Source: Catajapyx aquilonaris
Lineage: Eukaryota
NCBI GenBank assembly: GCA_000934665.2
Contig: KZ538107.1
Coordinates: 1-64,000, forward strand
Direction: 5' to 3'
Length of the DNA stretch: 64,000 nucleotides
The position numbers and the translations under genes were made by a program. Position 1 is the stretch's first letter, and every line of letters begins with the position of its first letter. The notes below the pieces were generated by a model that worked only from the letters and a program-made list of their open reading frames with translations, made no database searches and was not told the DNA's origin. Of the stretch, positions 52,501 through 64,000 are shown piece by piece.

Positions 52501-55136
52501 GATGGGCCGGACAGCAGTGGGACGTTACCGGGGGCGCGGGGCATCCCTTGAAGATGCCCAACTACGTACAGGCCACCACGGCAGATCGATCCAAGTCGCC
52601 CAAAGCCGCCATCTTTGCTTTGGGCGACAGGCACAAACTCCATGCAAAAACTGGCTTCACTTTTTCGTGGAAGTTATGCATCTAGCAGTATATATAGCAG
52701 ATATCTTTGGGTCATACACATCAACCGCTTCTTCGCTCGTCACAGGTTGAAGTGAGAGCGGATTCCTTGAACGGGAAACCCGCAGAACTCTCGAAAATCT
52801 TACAAAATGGCGTCAAAAATGTCGAAATAGGCCATTTTAGGTTCTATATATAAAACTACGATTCTTGAGGTCCTTGTGTTATGAAACGGATAGATATTTT
52901 GGTTCCGGTGTTCTGCCTACAAAAGAAAAAGTAGGTAAAAACCTAGAAATCCGTTCTCTAGTTATTAGGAAACAGCTAGAATTTCTGTATATGCAGTAAT
53001 CCTTCTTCTGTGTGACTCAACCTACAGCACGACAAGATTTTTTTCTAATTACGCACAAAATGTGTATAATCCGATTTTAATCACATCCTACCCCAAACCA
53101 CTCGTACATCCAATCTGAACAAAACCATCAAAAATTAGAGAACAATTATGCCGATTATGGAATGCAACTGGTATGTAACTCCCTTCAAGAATGCAATTAC
53201 TTGCACCTGAGATTACCACACTCCATAAATATCGACTTCCAACCACACTCCACCATTTGATTGACCCATAATCATTGGATCCTTCTACCCATTCTCCCCC
53301 CGCCTTCCCCCTCCCATCCCCCGCCTTAGTGGGCCTTCATCTCGCGTTTTCAATAACTTAAAGAGAGAAATGCCTAGGATGAAACCGGCTCGGCACCTTT
53401 CTTCAGTTGTTCATCCGCCGGAATGAAGTCTGTGGATCACAAAGGAAAGCAGCTGTGCCCAGACTTTTTCCTTGGGCTTCCCCTTCCCCATTCAGGTCCA
53501 CAATGCGGGCCGAGTGCGGAATTCCTAACGGGCACTCTTGACCCGGCGCACGAGCCACACTCCAAACCCACAATCGGGTTCCTAAGGGGTAGACTTCCTC
53601 CCACACTTCCTTCCATTTCCCTCAAGGGCTAGGGGGGGGGGGGGGNGGTTGTTTTTTTTGACCCCTGCGCAGTTTCCCAGATATTCATCCGGACAATGCT
53701 GCAGGTATTTTTTTTGGCCGGTTAATTTCTGGGAGAGGAACGTGGACAATTTGCATATTTCATGTTGCGGACTGCACTATTTTTTCTTCCAATTTGGTCA
53801 GCTTGGAGGGTGCTTTAGAAGTGTGGATTTTTCTGCCAACGTGTCGAGTGTGGGGACGTAAATGTCCTGTTCCCAGGGAATGTATACTGTACGGTATGCC
53901 TATAGTAGTTGACGAGATGGAGTGAACGCAAAAGCTAGGGATACATCATTATATTGGTGCTTGAATGTAATTTGCAAGGGTCTCATAGTTCTTAATTAAC
54001 ATCCGATTTAGCTTAGGTTGTTCTATATCTCTGGATTTACACTGGAGAGGAAGTTGATAACGTTACTAAGTGGCCACTCCAGAACCTAATCCGGATGATA
54101 GAAGGTAGTTGTGGGGTCGTAAGGCATCATGTTGAGAGGTTAAGGTATTGTCAGAATTTATGCTACAGTCTATAAATACTTGCTGGTATTGCTGATGAGC
54201 TGCATAACCTGCAAATTTTGAACTTTGAACTCTGAACTCTACAGTATGTCTTGACCGGACCAAGCCATGTATGGTATGTTTGACTGGCAACATAAAGCTG
54301 CTTGGAGGAAGCACAAGCTTTGTTATTAAGCATCAGTAGGTATAGGCATGATTCGGTAAAAATTGGAGGTGGTAGTGGTGGGGGAGATGCAAAACAAAGG
54401 ATGTGCGTTGACCCAACCCAAGATGATGAGCGTGGACTTGTGGCAAACCGGGTAGGGCATATTAAACAGCATGGAGGGTGGTCCTTGTCAGTTGGGGAGA
54501 TTCATTTCCATCTCTAGGATAAAGGCAGATGAATAACTAAAGCATTATCTGAAATCTTCAGCACTGCCTGCCATCTGGCTTGGACCACATTTCAGATGAA
54601 ATGTCGTGCCTCTTATTGATGTCGTCAAACGATAACAAGAAGCCCATCATTTCTGGATAGCTGGAATGTTCGGTAGCTCGACACACCCGGTGTCTCCAAA
54701 GTTCAGGCATCCACACTGAGCGAGAGATGTTCATTTCTGGCCTCATGAACAATGCAACGCGGAGGACCTGACTCTTACTGTAACCATCAGAAGTCTTTTA
54801 CAAGCACTCTACTGACCTGTTTAAGATCCAAGGTGATAGTGACCCATTCAAAATGGCGTCCATTCTGTAATGTAGGGCTCTGCCACCAGTTGTTGGATCC
54901 GTCAATGGCATTGGTAATCGGATGGGCCTTGTCTGGATCCGGGCTGCTGGCATCACACACTCCACACTGTTGAGGCTTGAACACATGTTCTACTAACTTG
55001 CAATAGACTTCGCTGGAATTCTGTCCACATGTGGCATTGGTAGAGATATCCGCGTGGGCCGCCAGGTTGAACACAGGAGGAGAGAGGCCCACATGGTTAG
55101 GGTGCTGGTGGTTGTTCGGGATGTAGTCGCTAGAGT
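21748..55136 (-). CDS. wb: Laminin subunit alpha-1/2 (wing blister-like), about 3,200 aa; signal-peptide exon not located
   Basis: Exons: 55136-54817, 43781-43539, 43471-43199, 43137-42901, 42694-42377, 42320-41922, 41825-41581, 41518-41293, 41233-41022, 40959-40753, 40696-40407, 39853-39747, 39609-39426, 37236-37097, 37037-36810, 36750-36610, 36434-36327, 36168-35995, 35938-35766, 35712-35578, 35517-35262, 35198-34811, 34406-34177, 34121-34010, 33950-33803, 33737-33590, 32107-31949, 31890-31730, 29650-29277, 29216-29043, 28988-28834, 28776-28624, 28564-28140, 28077-27909, 27685-27269, 27068-26928, 26854-26801 (uncertain), 26730-26579, 26523-26338, 26281-25996, 25934-25653, 22527-22365, 22311-21949, 21890-21748. 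All are GT-AG with compatible phases (9599 nt = 2 + 3199 codons including the stop). The order LN, LE, L4, LE, L4, LE, coiled coil, 5 x LG is the alpha-1/2 type, and there is an RGD in the first L4. Confidence 0.93.
22776..23441 (-). mobile_element. Tigger/pogo transposase C-terminal remnant with TIR, in a laminin intron
   Basis: Frameshifted pieces [12 protein letters not shown]...[27 protein letters not shown] and [10 protein letters not shown] resemble pogo/Tigger C-termini; TIR-like CAGTCGACTCCG at 22776. Confidence 0.6.
24943..25605. mobile_element. Sola-like non-autonomous element, copy 2
   Basis: TIR GAGGGGGTGAAAATCAAAAACCGACAGCTCC; TSD ATAT. Confidence 0.8.
25653..29650 (-). CDS. wb: Laminin alpha exon cluster: end of coiled coil and LG1-LG4
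   Basis: [71 protein letters not shown]. Confidence 0.92.
30363..30610. mobile_element. Sola-like MITE, second family
   Basis: TIR core GTTAGTGCCATAACGTGCTA; TSD AAAT. Confidence 0.65.
31072..31414 (+). mobile_element. tRNA-derived SINE (family A, diverged copy)
   Basis: Shares body TCAGGAGGGTCTCTGACC...GGCAACCTAACCTCC; A-rich tail; TSD AATAATTTTGG at 31061-31071 and 31415-31425. Confidence 0.82.
31730..32107 (-). CDS. wb: Laminin alpha coiled-coil exons (32107-31949, 31890-31730)
   Basis: Heptad-rich; [24 protein letters not shown]. Confidence 0.85.
33267..33393. mobile_element. Palindromic Harbinger-like MITE
   Basis: GGGTGGATTCAT..AATGTC.TAAGTCAAATTT / AAATTTGACTTACGACATT..ATGAATCCACCC; hairpin over nearly the whole length. 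Confidence 0.65.
33590..37236 (-). CDS. wb: Laminin alpha exon cluster: LE repeats, second L4, LE repeats, start of coiled coil (13 exons)
   Basis: [58 protein letters not shown]. Confidence 0.92.
38440..38533 (+). mobile_element. 3' fragment of SINE family A
   Basis: GGTGGTGTCCCCCC...CACGGGGT followed by (AAAT)n. Confidence 0.55.
39426..43781 (-). CDS. wb: Laminin alpha exon cluster: LN, LE repeats, first L4, LE repeats (12 exons)
   Basis: [70 protein letters not shown]; Cys-rich LE repeats. Confidence 0.93.
42777..42846 (-). pseudogene. tRNA-like cloverleaf with a shortened anticodon arm, in a laminin intron
   Basis: GCTCTCA-TA-GCTC-AGTTTGGAA-GAGC-AA-CAGC-TCA-GCTG-GAGGTC-CCAGG-TTCGAAT-CCTGG-TGAGGGC-A. 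Confidence 0.65.
44189..44299. mobile_element. Minimal hAT MITE
   Basis: TIR CAGGGATGGAAAAAG / CTTTTTCCATCCCTG; perfect 8-bp TSD GTCACTGG. Confidence 0.8.
44761..45122 (-). mobile_element. tRNA-derived SINE (family A)
   Basis: Same head and body as 17389-17804; (AAAT)n tail; TSD GTGAACAATATTACT at 44746-44760 and 45123-45137. Confidence 0.88.
45930..47760 (-). mobile_element. Heavily decayed non-LTR retrotransposon (RT) fossil
   Basis: Degenerate RT-like pieces in the expected order: GNYIIS...[28 protein letters not shown] (YGDD at 46734-46745), [16 protein letters not shown]; many stops and frameshifts. Confidence 0.45.
49142..49353. mobile_element. Foldback Tc1/mariner-like MITE (same family as 15692-15916)
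   Basis: TA-flanked; shares AGGTGCCCAA, CCAGGTGTGGTCAAAT and ATAACTAAAAGG segments. Confidence 0.55.
51140..51315. mobile_element. Tc1/mariner MITE
   Basis: TA|CAGGGTGTTT ... AAACACCCTG|TA with internal inverted arms. Confidence 0.6.
52140..52960. mobile_element. hAT-like non-autonomous element (same family as 1400-1952)
   Basis: Termini TAAGGAACGGATTTTTAGG / CCTAGAAATCCGTTCTCTA. Confidence 0.7.
52348..52709. mobile_element. P-element-like MITE nested in the hAT element
   Basis: About 37-bp TIR CAAA(A/G)ATATCTGCTAT..ATAT..TGCTAGATGC; perfect 8-bp TSD GGTCATAC at 52340-52347 and 52710-52717. Confidence 0.75.
54817..55136 (-). CDS. wb: Laminin alpha exon, start of the LN domain
   Basis: [22 protein letters not shown]...YCKLVEH...[17 protein letters not shown]...ITLDLKQ|gtcagt. 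Confidence 0.93.
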
Positions 55137-56925
55137 CTGAAGAGAACCAAAATGGCTATTGGCATACAGAGCAATCAATATAAAAATTCAGCTAAGAAAC
55201 TGCGAGAGTGTAGGTGTTGGCTGTATAGAGTAGGCCTACAGAATAGTCGCCACCAGAAATATCCCTATCAATCAATCAATCAATTTATGGTAGGATTGTC
55301 AATTACAACGTGTCGTTAACAATCGCTCCATCCTCACCGTGTATAGAAGAGAAACCTTGTCAATAAATATAATATATTCCCCTCACGCATATCATGGTAA
55401 AACTTGCGTCACTTGCTCCTCTCTGCTCTCTCCTCCACTAATCTCTTCATCTGACATATTTTAGTACATTGCACTAGTACACTGAATTTAATACAAGTGG
55501 ATATTGGTACTGTTTTATGTGTGAAGGTGGAGGAAAGGTTACTTATTACCAATTTTTAAATATCAATCTTTGTCAATCATTTTCAGATATTATGGATATT
55601 TCACACAGTAGCGGACGATCTTTACGTATTCTATCGTGCAATATCGTTGGAGCATATAGCCAATATTGCAGTGAAAATGTCTTCATATTTTTAACCAGGA
55701 GTGTACAACACACTATACCATCAGCAAAAATTGGCTCCTTTCTACTCTACAGTATATGGAAGCTGCAAGTTATCGCATTGCATTGAAATTACATTTGAAC
55801 TCATTTCTTCTCGCGAGTCACCCTCGTGACAAAACTGAAATGAGACCTTTATCGCGCAAAATCTTCAATTTCCAAACATCGTGTTTTAGAAAACGCTTAG
55901 AAAATGCAACGCCCGAGGCAAGTTGATTGATTCCCTTTTTCTTTACGCGGACAGAAAATTGAAAGGCTCTTAGCCGGAACGTACAACCGAACTTCACGCG
56001 AAAAGATCTCATCTTTCTCTCCCCCCCCCCCCTCCCAAACCGTCTTTGAACCATGCCCTGCCCAAATGTAATATTAAGCAGACAAAAAACTTTCAATCCA
56101 TCCACCATATCTATCGTACCCCCATTTCAAGTCTAGGGAAAATCCGGGTGCGAAAATCGGGCGAGGAAAACAGCAGTGTACGCAAATGACGTCACCTTCG
56201 CTCCACAGTTACAACCCAACCATAATGAAGGCCCTGGAGATAATCAACGGCGACGAGGTCATGTTCTGAAAGGTTTCCCACGCGACTATGGATCTGCAAG
56301 TGGCGAGGAGATTTCCGGCCTCGACAATATCGCCTTTGCGGTAGAGAGAGCAGAATAACAAATTGGCTGCCTCCGATTCGGGAAAGCGTACATCTCGGCA
56401 CAAACACTACCCCCCCCCCCCNNNNNNNNNNNNNNNNNNNNNNNNNNNNNNNNNNNNNNNNNNNNNNNNNNNNNNNNNNNNNNNNNNNNNNNNNNNNNNN
56501 NNNNNNNGGGGGGGGGGGGGTCCAGAGAGTACGGATTTTGGATGTTCGTTTGCATAATAAATTGATCTTCTCGTAATGGATTCTGTACAGGCACGAGTAA
56601 AATGATTGGTACAAATACTGTGGAATCAAGCGCGTTGCCTGTGATATACTGGGTCAAAGAGGTCTATTGATTGCTGTGACGCAAATATGACAGTGATTTT
56701 TTTTAATGTGCCATTTTAACATTCAGATTATAATCCAGGCAGATGTTGGCTGCGGTCGGTCAGCTTAGTCTAAAATATTGACAAAATTTTTTATAGTGGG
56801 TTATAACAGACAGAATCTCGATTTCTGTGCAATGTTACGGTTACGTTTGAAAGTTATACTTTGATTCTGAAGGTCCTGGACTAGCACGGGTTTAAAAAAA
56901 CTTGATATAAAAATCTCGAACAATA

Positions 56926-57330
56926 CAGGGTGGTCCAACTGCAAGTGTCGTTTTATAACGGCTATTTATAGAAGCGCTTTACGATTATCGTAGCAGCCAC
57001 GTGTAAAATGGCCCACTTCGGCGCCATCGAAAATATTAGCTGCCAATAGCAGCACACATGTAATGAACCCTGTGCAACCACATGCGGTACCAATGCCAAT
57101 CTGGTGCCTTGAACGTCACCCATTTCACCCAGACGCATCGCAGGTCATGTGTGCACCTCCTTTTTTCCAGGTCAACCCAGCAGCAGGGTTGATTACATGT
57201 GTGCTGCTATTGGCAGCTAATATTTTCGATGGCGCCGAAGTGGGACATTTTACACGTCGCTGCTACGTCATCGCAAAATCACTGCTATTAGTCGCCGTTA
57301 TAAAAGGACACTTGAAGTTGGACCACCCTG
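56926..57330. mobile_element. Long-arm foldback Tc1/mariner MITE
   Basis: TA|CAGGGTGGTCCAACT ... AGTTGGACCACCCTG|TA; imperfect inverted arms of about 145 bp. Confidence 0.8.
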
Positions 57331-59716
57331 TATAGTAATACAAATAATATATTATTCATAACTATAGCCTATACTGTACTCTACATATTGTATGTAGGCT
57401 ACAGTACAGTATCATTACATAATATGTGTAGTCTATGTATGCAATTATATGGCATTAGAGCTCACAGGTTACTGAAATTATACAACTAACTTTTTAGGGA
57501 TTAAGGATGCTCTGAGAGGCGTGGGTATGCGCGGTACGTGAGGGTTTCATGAATCAACAATTTATCAACAATCAATATCCTGATGTTTACTTCGGTCTGT
57601 AGCTATAGCCCTTGTCGTGCAGTAGTATTCATTACAAGTTACAACCAACCAACATTGGCAAATTATTGACATTACTCAACAATAACTGACACGACATAGC
57701 CGCATCGAGAAACTGTTACATTTTCACACCGTCAGAGGTTTACTGAATGACCGTTATAATACTATATTGAATATTGATTGTTTAGCACAATATTCACAGC
57801 TATTATCTGACCTAGTACTGCACCATTCTAAAGCGTTGGGCCTACAACCAAACTAAAAATGAAGGCAACGAATAATAATTACTACAACATGCACACAACC
57901 TTGTGATCATCACAGTAACAAACACACAAAAAATTCTTGAGCCACATCATGTTCCCAAAGGTGTGGGATCTGATTACCTCCCTTCTCTTCAGAATTTATT
58001 ATAGCACTTAGCTAGGTCAAAGTCCTCCAATCTGATCCTCTGAAAATATATATTCCTTTCAATAAATCCCACTTTTTTTATTTACAAAAAAACGAGACTT
58101 CTAAACGACTTCACTGCTAAAAGATTAATCCTTCTTATTATCCTCTCACTATACTAAAGTCCCTTTCAGAAATAACACAAAAAGCCGCCTTGGGAGTGCA
58201 TAAAGACTGGATTTATCTCTGAAGACGTAGAAGTGTCTATAGTGTACTATGCAGACTTGTTTAGGATTAATTGATTAGCCGTATAGCAGCAGGAAGACCT
58301 CATAAGCCCCTTCTGTCTGCTGTCATGGCAACAAGTGTTACTCTTGCTTCCTTTTTCCCCCATGGAGCCGTGTCACCGTGAGCCTATCATAGGTCTATAA
58401 AGGGGTGGGTGCTGTCTGGGTGGGGGTGTTTTTAGGATGGTCGGAAGCTGGAGAGATATTCCGCCTGGGAAAATAAGATACCTAGGATGTCGACGATGTA
58501 ATAGAAGATGGCTTTTTTTCGGGGCATAAATCCCTTTTCAGGCTGGAGCGTCGACCTTTCAAACCCAGCCAAAGTGTGTAGGGTGTAGAACACTATTTTA
58601 AATATAGCGTTTATAATGGAGACGCTTATGTAGGCCCACATCTAAAGCGGAAATACTATGATAAAGTGGAGTATATCCGGCTCCATGACCTGGCTGAAAA
58701 GAGCCTTGGTGCCCAAATATACCCTTGGCAATACTAAATATAGCGGGTGTGTATAGCCTATAGCCTACTTCCCAAAATGCAGCAGAAAGGGCTCGTAAAC
58801 AAATAATTCGATCAACTAGTCAGCAAGCTCATTACCTGCCCAGTGACTACGGTTCCAAATGATTTATTCTGGTCATTTTTTAAAAGTCTGGACAGCGTCA
58901 TCGGAAGTGATATTAATTTGCAGCCGTGTATTCAGTATCAATAACGTTTTCGAGACCGGAACGCAATTCAAGCCGAAAAGTTTCATGCTATCACACAACA
59001 ATAAAACATAATCTGCCTAATGTCGAGCGAATGTTACATCAATTTTCTTGATACCAGTCCTATACCATTTGGTTTCAAATTGAGCTACATATCCTTTTTC
59101 CGGATCCAGATTAGATTTTGATGCGGAGATTGCGGACAAAAATGGTAAAGAAGATTCCTTGGAGAATTCATTAAAGGTATATCCATTTTCTGTTAAAAAT
59201 CGAAACTAGAATGTAGGTCGACCTCCTAAGTAGAATGTCACCAGACGAGTGACGGAGAAAAATCGTCACATACCGTGGGGTATATACTAAAGCAAACTAT
59301 TTACCCAGCACCCTTCATGGTCTGGTCGTCCAAGTACCCCCCATAGGCAACGTGCGGCCTACCAAGCTATTTCGATATGGCCCACGAGATGTCAGATTAA
59401 TTTTTTTTCTATTCCATAATGCCCTCAGGACTCCTACTGGCTTTTTATGGGAAATAGGAACATATGTGGACACGCCTCTTCACCACACCCACTTCAATCC
59501 CAGCCTATCACATTATTGTACGTCATGTCTCTATGTCTCACATTGGATGGGAATTCAAACTTGTGCTGCCACAACTTCAGGCTTATAGGGGACATCGATC
59601 GAGGAGTATACGTGATATTACTGTTTAAAGGCGAGCAAATGTTTTTATTGCAAAATTATAGGAATATAGAGATGTCTTATAATGGTTTATTGCACGAAAT
59701 ACAATATGATTGATCT

Positions 59717-59850
59717 TTCATGTATGAAAGTGGGACATGGATTTGGTGTGACTGGAACAAGAGTCGCGTGACTACCGCTGAGATGAGATATCTTCGCGCT
59801 GTTTGAGGTAAGACAAAGGTGGCTGGAGTCAAGAATAAGATATATGATAA
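59717..59850 (+). mobile_element. RTE-type LINE fragment
   Basis: MYESGTWIWCDWNKSRVTTAEMRYLRAV*GKTKVAGVKN resembles the RTE ORF motif LLYGSETW...AAEMRFLR...GxTRxDxIRN. Confidence 0.6.
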
Positions 59851-62800
59851 ATTGATGCTAATATCATTATAACCTTCTAAGGTTCTCGCCTGCACTGCAA
59901 AAAAAAATATATATATATATACTCATCTCCTGCAATATTGCTTGCTCATGTTGCCATATGGGACGATATTGATGCTTGTTCATGCAGGTGACGGAATTAA
60001 ACCACTCCTTGAATATTTGATTTTAACACTAACACTACCTTTCTGAAATTATTCTAGATGAGTTATAGTCAACGCCCAGTTTCTGAAATATACTCCAGCT
60101 ATGAATTATCCAGTAAAAAAAATTAGACACACGCCCTTTTTCCTTCAGCCTGGCGTGACTTGAATGAGTTGTCCACAAGTCATTCATGTTTACAACTATT
60201 TGGTCTGTGTTTCCCGGTTATATAAAACGTACAGTGCACTTTCTTCTTGCTTCAAAAAATTGATTCGTCTGTACCATATAATGAAGTGGACTTTCCCTAG
60301 TCACGAAAAAACGTGCTGCAAATTGGGAGCCCCCCAAATTTCAGTTTCCAGGTGGCGGATTTATGGAAGGCCATTACCAGTAGGGTGTTTAGCACGGAGA
60401 AGGGATCGTCTTTCCCAGGGTGAGTTATTTCAGGTGGTCACCTTCCAAAAAGAAGAGGACGTTGCCAAGTATTCCAACTTTTCCATCATGACTACCACCA
60501 GCATATATGTCCGGTTCACCTGATGACCATGACTTACCATCACAGACAGATAAGTAAATACGGTACTATTGCAAATCTAGACACGTTTGAGTAGCCTAAA
60601 AGGTAGGTCCCCACAGGTTCTTCGGGAAGAAGGTGGGCATTTGGGAGGTGAGGAATGCGGTGGGATCCCCCCCCCCCCCNCCCCCCCCCCCACCCTTAAG
60701 ACAGCACGAGTTCCTTCCCAACAGCCCCTCAAAAGCCTCGGCACATAAAAGAAGGGGGAAGGAGGGGGTGGTAAAAAAAAGGGTGGGTGGAGTTGGCGGG
60801 GGGATGGTTCCTTTGCTTGTCAGGAGGGGCACAAACTGGGTCCGCGCCCTTTCCCTTTTATTCTTCCTGAAGCAAACGAATGGGGGCCGACTTGGGTTCC
60901 TGTCCTGGACACAACCACACTCGGAGATTATTATCTACTGGGTGGGACTCCCGCCTAATTTTTTGGGACAGGCTGGAGTCGTCCCACGCACCGGAAGCAC
61001 CGTAACAACAAAGACCAACAACAATGACCGGTTGGTTCCGGACATTACACTATTATTATCATGAACACGGTTTATGCTATTATGGATATTCAACCCAGCT
61101 GGGATTTTTTTGAAGTTGCCAGACGCAAATTGAACCCGAAATACGCCATGCTCATATTTAAAAAAAAAAAAAAAATCCTACCTGGCATCTGTACATTTCC
61201 TGCAGCGCTCCAGGGGACAAGGTGGTATGATGGGGCGAAAATTTGGGGGAAAAAACCCCCACGTGGCTATATATGCTACATGCATTTCAGGTCCAGACAC
61301 CCCAGGCTGACATGGTCCTTTAGACTCTATTTATGCGTATGTGTCTGACAGAGTGAGCTGAGAGGAGTCAAGGCTTCCTAGCTCCCTGCATATGCACCTC
61401 TCGTGCCTAATTGCCACTTGATTGCTCCGAGCCATTTTCGCCTGCTTGCTGCTTACTTCTCCCTCGAAATAGACATCAGCGTACGCCGCATGGAAAACTG
61501 CCTGCCGGTTATGATGAGATCCTTGCACGTCACGCCCAGCTCTCCAATATTCAGCTCTCATGCATTTCCACGCTTGGAATTCAGCCGGCCCAACAAAATT
61601 ATCTCCCACCAAAACCATAGGCCTACATATATCCATAGCCTATATAACCATGGCTCAACTTGACGAAGCAATGACTCGGTGGAACAAAGCCGAGTTGCAA
61701 TATATATTTTTTTTCTTCCCAACTTTATTACGTCTCCGAGGCAAGCAAATCAGTCAGACTGGCAATTTGTGAGTTGACGTAACCCTATCCTGTTGGCAAC
61801 TCCTTTGATTCGACCCTTTATGGCTTTCATAATTCCGCGTGTTGAATTCTACCGATATAGTAGCATGGCGAACCATGGGATTGAAGGTCTTACGTATATA
61901 TGGTCTCGTATATGCGATACTTCGGATGGTTGTAATTTGGGGTCAGGTTTTTGAGTTAGTAGACGTTCTGACACATTTTGACTCACACCCACCTTCATGT
62001 TTTCACCACACACGATCAGGCAACTCAAACATATGGTGTTGTAGACTGTTTCTTATTTCTTTTCTCACTCTACCCTTGTCGTTTTTTTTTACACGGCAGT
62101 TAAAGTACACAAAACAGCTTGAAAGGAGTAATCTCAGCAGGTGAGAAAAAGCCTGGGGGACATTCACCTGCCACTGAAAAAATGAAGAAAAGACTCGTAC
62201 GGAGACTCACGAGTACCGGACACCGACATTTAAAAAAAGAGATGGGAAAAAAATCCTCCGGGGCACATTCCCCAGACTTTGACCCTCGTGACGGCCCCGG
62301 GGCCAAAAAATCTTCGGGGCCAGATGACAATTGAAAAGTAGCTTTGCCCTGCCTTTGGACAGCAGACGCCGCCTAACTCACTTTATATACACACGCACAC
62401 TCAGCTTCACACACACACACACGCACGCATGCCTTTCTCCATGTATCTAATCGTGCTTTTGTGGGACATGACAAGCTCGACTTGAAGGCTGTCGAAAAGA
62501 ATTGGGATTGGCCCAAGGCAATAGCGCTGACAACACCATGTCTTCGACTCCTATTCATTGTTCTGTCGAGATTCGTAATCAGGGGATATGTCCAATTGTT
62601 TCGTGTTACGAGCGTCGAAAGCTGCCGAGTATACGTAATTACGTGTCATTGACAATTTAGGGCAATTAAGAGAGTCGTGGTTCCCAATGATGCCTAAATC
62701 AGTCTTTTTGCAAGCGTACTAGTTTTTTTTCCAGCAACTGTCATTTTCATAGATCAGGAGCTCTTTTCGTCTGGTGGAGTTGAAACAATTTTGCAAACTC

Positions 62801-64000
62801 GAATCAGTGAAGCTGAACCATTTCCTTGGCAACACGCTGAAACTTGCGCAGTTGTATAAGCTTACGCTATGAGTTATACACGTGAAACTTCCTTTGGACG
62901 GAGGCGCGATGCATCTCGCATTATCTGACAAAGTAAGCCCTGCAGAGCGCTAAAGACTGTAGCAAACCTGTTCATGATTGTGCACTGCCACTGCATCCCA
63001 AAAGCACAGCACAAGCAACAAATTCTCTCTCTATGCCCCCCAACTCTTGGATATTACACCAAACTGCATATTTCCTGCAAAGTTTACTAGTCCTCTCTAG
63101 AGTCACAATTATAACCAAGTACTTGACCATTTCGACTGTTAAATTAAAATGGATGTCTCAAAATGCAATCCAAGTGGACCGAAATGAATGCGTTTAAAAC
63201 TCCAATATGTATAAGTTATCCAAACCGTCAGGCCCCCCTGGGAGAAAAAGGCACACATTTAAGGTGTCAAATAATTTGTAGCCACCATTTAGGTGATTGG
63301 ACCATCAATTTTCGAAAAGCGAGGCTGTTTTAATGTGAAAAGCATCACGCGCAAAGCAAGATTTCAGACTCCCTAAGGCGCCCCAATAATCCAAACATGA
63401 GTGATGCCTCTAAATCTCAACAAATCAGCACAACTACTGATAATCAACGCAATTGTTGAGAATCTAAATAAATAAAAGTTTTAAATGAGAAGGTGGGTGA
63501 AATCTAGTTTGATCTTTAAAAAAAAAAGGTGGCAGCAGGTTTGAAACTGGACCTCATGAACATTCATGGTCTCCACGTGATACTTGCAGGGCTTGATTAC
63601 TCCTTGTGCTCAACCCCCCAGAAACATGACACGATAAAGAGCAACCTTGCCGATTGTACCGTTTTATCATTTTCTTTTTATGTCTTCCTCCTCCTCTTGC
63701 ATATTTACGATCCTGAAACGGAAGCTCATAGCTGGAAGGCGGGATTGCAATTAAAAAATTATTTTGGTAATCACTTAACAGGCGTGTCCACGGAAAAGTG
63801 CCTTCCCATGTACACATCCCTGATGAAAGATAAGCATTTTTTGAAATAAAGAACCCCATTTGTTAGCAACCAAATTCCTCACGCAGTTTCATGCAGCAGC
63901 CCTATTATATCAGTACGTAACTTAGTCTTAAATTATGAGTCCTAAACGAGAGCTGCTGAGTGCCCATCGGATTGGGCCCCTACCACACCAAAACCGGCCA

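Noticed and set aside
54066..54780. Possible LINE RNase H remnant
   Set aside because: Similarity is too weak to support by eye.
56411..56520. Poly-C/poly-G flanking an N gap (also near 17464-17523)
   Set aside because: Assembly gap at homopolymer runs; not a biological feature.
61331..61636. 101-aa minus-strand ORF as laminin exon 1
   Set aside because: No hydrophobic signal peptide, and the donor phase is incompatible with the next exon.

Overview
This is eukaryotic, arthropod-like genomic DNA with short GT-AG introns and dense transposon debris. I rebuilt three minus-strand spliced genes by hand. (1) The 5' part of a cytoplasmic dynein light intermediate chain: ATG at 4287, four coding exons, running off the left edge. 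(2) A complete 206-aa RabX6-type atypical Rab GTPase at 14376-18109. (3) A laminin alpha-1/2 (wing blister-type) gene at 21748 to at least 55136, with about 44 exons and about 3,200 codons in one consistent frame; I could not locate its signal-peptide exon. Introns and intergenic DNA carry tRNA-derived SINEs with target-site duplications (TSDs), Sola-, piggyBac-, hAT-, P-, Tc1/pogo-, Kolobok- and Harbinger-like MITEs, decayed transposase and LINE fragments, and two free-standing tRNA-like cloverleafs with aberrant anticodon arms. I found no convincing novel protein system. The best leads are a sharp CpG-depletion boundary inside the laminin gene, the aberrant tRNA-like units, an inverted MITE pair able to form long dsRNA in the RabX6 intron, two SINE families sharing one 3' tail, and candidate cassette micro-exons in laminin.
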